The translations under genes and the position numbers were made by a program. Under the pieces are notes generated by a model. It was not told where the DNA came from. It saw only the letters and a program-made list of their open reading frames with translations, and made no database searches. A stretch of DNA of 63,863 nucleotides, the filler included, from Peribolospora baueri (Eukaryota): the NCBI GenBank assembly GCA_029717555.1. It is 3 parts of 3 records of this genome, joined end to end, with 100 filler letters (N's around TTAATTAATTAA, not from the genome) between each part and the next. Parts side by side here need not be neighbours in the genome. Positions count along the whole stretch, not along the records: positions 50,104 to 63,863 come from JAMDHS010000166.1; 2 more parts are not named here. One strand, 5' to 3'. Positions 61,836 through 63,863 of the stretch are shown piece after piece. The stretch's first letter is position 1, and each line of letters opens with the position of its first letter.

Positions 61836-63314
61836 ATGACCTCTTCCTACGGCCCTCCCTCCGGGCCGCAAGCCCTGGCTGAGGAGGAGGCCGTGGCAGC
61901 CGCGGTCCGACATGACCACAGCACGGGCACCGATCGGCGCTCCGCCTTGGCCACGACGGCGCTCACTTTCCTTTGCGGCGGCGCGGCAAACAGCGTCAGC
62001 AGCGCCACGACCAACCCGGCGGACATTGTGAAGTGAGCCCCGGCGTGCATCGTACAGGAGAGTGGAGCTCACCTCGCCGCCCTTTGCAGAGTCCGACAGC
62101 AGCTCGCTCTCGGCTCGAAGCAGACCTCATTCTGGACCATCGTGGCTGGCATGGTCCGGCAAGAAGGCGTGCTGAGCCTTTGGAACGGCGTCACAGCGAG
62201 GTGCGGACGACAGGGAGAAACCGTTGGTCACGATTTCGACGCTGACATTGCCCTCGCTCCTCGCGCTCCTTCCAGCATCCTTCGTGAGATGACCTACTCC
62301 GCCATTCGCTTTGGCTCGTACGAGCCTTTCAAGGAGGCCTACGTCAAGATGACCGGCCTCGACGAGCGCGCGTTCGCCGTCAAGCTGCTCGCAGGCGCCA
62401 CCAGCGGAGCCGTAGGCTCTTCCGTAGGTGAGTGCCATAGGGTCGCCGTCCCTGCGTTCACCGTCCTCACCGATTCATCTCCTTCCCGCGCGCAGCCTGC
62501 CCGACCGATCTCGTGAAAGGTAAGCGAGCGCTGTGCTAGCCGCCGCCGCCCTCCCGACGCACCGCTTCATTTCCCCTCCCGCTCTCTCCAGTCCGCATGC
62601 AGGCCGTCCGGCCGAACGGCCTCCCCCCTTACCGCAACTCGTTCGTCGCCTTTCCCATCATCTACCGCGAGTCGAACCCCACGGGATCGATGGCGCGCGG
62701 CGTGCGCAACCTCTACCGCGCCGTAGGACCGACTGCTCTTCGGGCAAGCGTTCTCACCTGCAGCCAGGTGAGCTGCTACGACCAGATCAAGGGCGTCCTC
62801 AAGAGCCAATTCAGTTGGCGCGAGGGCTACTCGACGCACGCCGCCGCCAGCTTTGCCGCCGGTAAGTCCCCCGCGGGTTCGCACCGAACGAAGGAGCGCG
62901 CGCGGTTGCTCATTTCTCCTCTCCGCTCTCGAACCGCTAGGCTTCATCTGCTCCGTGACTTCTGCGCCCTTTGACACGATCAAGGTCCGGATGATGCAGG
63001 ATCGACCGGGGCCAGACGGAACGAAGGAGTTCCGCGGCTCGATCGACTGTCTCGGAAAGCTCGTCCGAAACGAGGGGCCGTTGGCATTGTACAAGGGGTG
63101 AGCGTTCGTTCGGGGGTGCCGGGGTGCCGAGGGGGGGGGCGTGCGAGCCGCGAACCACAGGCGACGGGGCTGACTGTCGCGTACGTTTATTTTTATTTTT
63201 TTTGTTGTTTTTGCCAGGTTCATGATGTGCTGGGCTCGGTTAGGAACACACACAGTGATCGCTCTAATGCTCTTCGAACGCTTTCGCACGTTTGTAGGAA
63301 TCAAGCCGATGTAG
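61836..63314 (+). CDS. Mitochondrial carrier family protein (UCP/dicarboxylate-like)
   Basis: Three PxDxxKxR signatures (PADIVKVR, PTDLVKVR, PFDTIKVR), REMTYSAIRFGSYE, EGPLALYKGF. Confidence 0.92.
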
Positions 63315-63637
63315 ACTTAGACTCGGGCCCACCGGGACATGCAATGACGTTCCTAAAAGCCCCATGTGTGAATTCAAGGAAACCCTAATAAAATGAAAGA
63401 GCTCTGCCGGCGGCAGCGAAAGTCAAAGGGACGTCCAACGGGCGAGACAGATGAGAAGGAGGACAAGAGCCGGAGAGAGAAAGGTAGGCACGCGGCGCAC
63501 GAAGCCGATCAAAGCGAAAAACAAAAATTTAAAATTTAAAAAAAAAAAAAAAAAAGACGACGGACGGCCTTCGAGGGGAGCCTGACGAACTGCCGACCGA
63601 CTGGGGCCAGCGGGAAAAAAAAAAAAAGGAAAAAAGA

Positions 63638-63738
63638 CGCCCAACGTGGGGCTCGAACCCACGACATTCAGATACACCCTGAGATCAGGGAAACCCTTTA
63701 ATAAGAGTCTGACGCTCTACCGACTGAGCTAGCCGGGC
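63638..63738 (-). tRNA. tRNA-Lys(CTT) with a 28-nt intron (63674-63701)
   Basis: GCCCGGCTAGCTCAGTCGGTAGAGCGTCAGACTCTTA-intron-ATCTGAATGTCGTGGGTTCGAGCCCCACGTTGGGCG, followed by a T-run terminator. Confidence 0.95.
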
Positions 63739-63832
63739 TAAATTGCTTGAATGGTGCTGTCAACACGACCACTATGAGGGTTACACCACGACCAATCGTC
63801 CGCTAGGCAGGCTCTACCCTACCGACTGAATT

Positions 63833-63863
<31 letters not shown>

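Noticed and set aside
63805..63863. Second tRNA next to the terminal poly-C run
   Set aside because: Only a D-arm-like scrap (TAATTCAGTCGGTAG on minus) is present, and the poly-C end is likely a sequencing artefact.

Overview
Intron-rich, GC-rich fungal DNA, most likely a basidiomycete. Three separate contigs are joined by artificial N-TTAATTAATTAA-N linkers (24997-25096, 50004-50103), so nothing can be inferred about linkage across those gaps. Contig 1 (1-24996) is a chromosome end that finishes in (TTAGGG)n. It contains a DNA ligase IV gene with an internally inverted three-exon block, solo LTRs, a NACHT-WD40 NLR, a circularly permuted LSU rDNA insertion, decayed paralogues of an unknown LHxHF family, a secreted propeptide gene and APH-fold kinases. 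Contig 2 (25097-50003) has an ordinary housekeeping block (EXS/SYG1-like, WDR89-like, NOC4, acyl-CoA thioesterase, PITH, ZIP, G3BP-like, SEC23). It then switches to an accessory zone, where long imperfect inverted repeats enclose a secreted-protein gene with a perfect 190-bp inverted repeat upstream and two alternative open terminal exons. Contig 3 (50104-63863) has a kinase, a Gypsy remnant whose LTR carries telomere-like repeats, a RACK1 fragment, a tautomerase, a second gene with an internal inversion, a lipase, a mitochondrial carrier and tRNA-Lys(CTT). The most striking signals are (i) the inverted-repeat-bounded secreted-peptide cassette and (ii) a broken NHEJ ligase alongside several microhomology-type rearrangements. 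All family calls come from manual motif recognition, and no database search was run.
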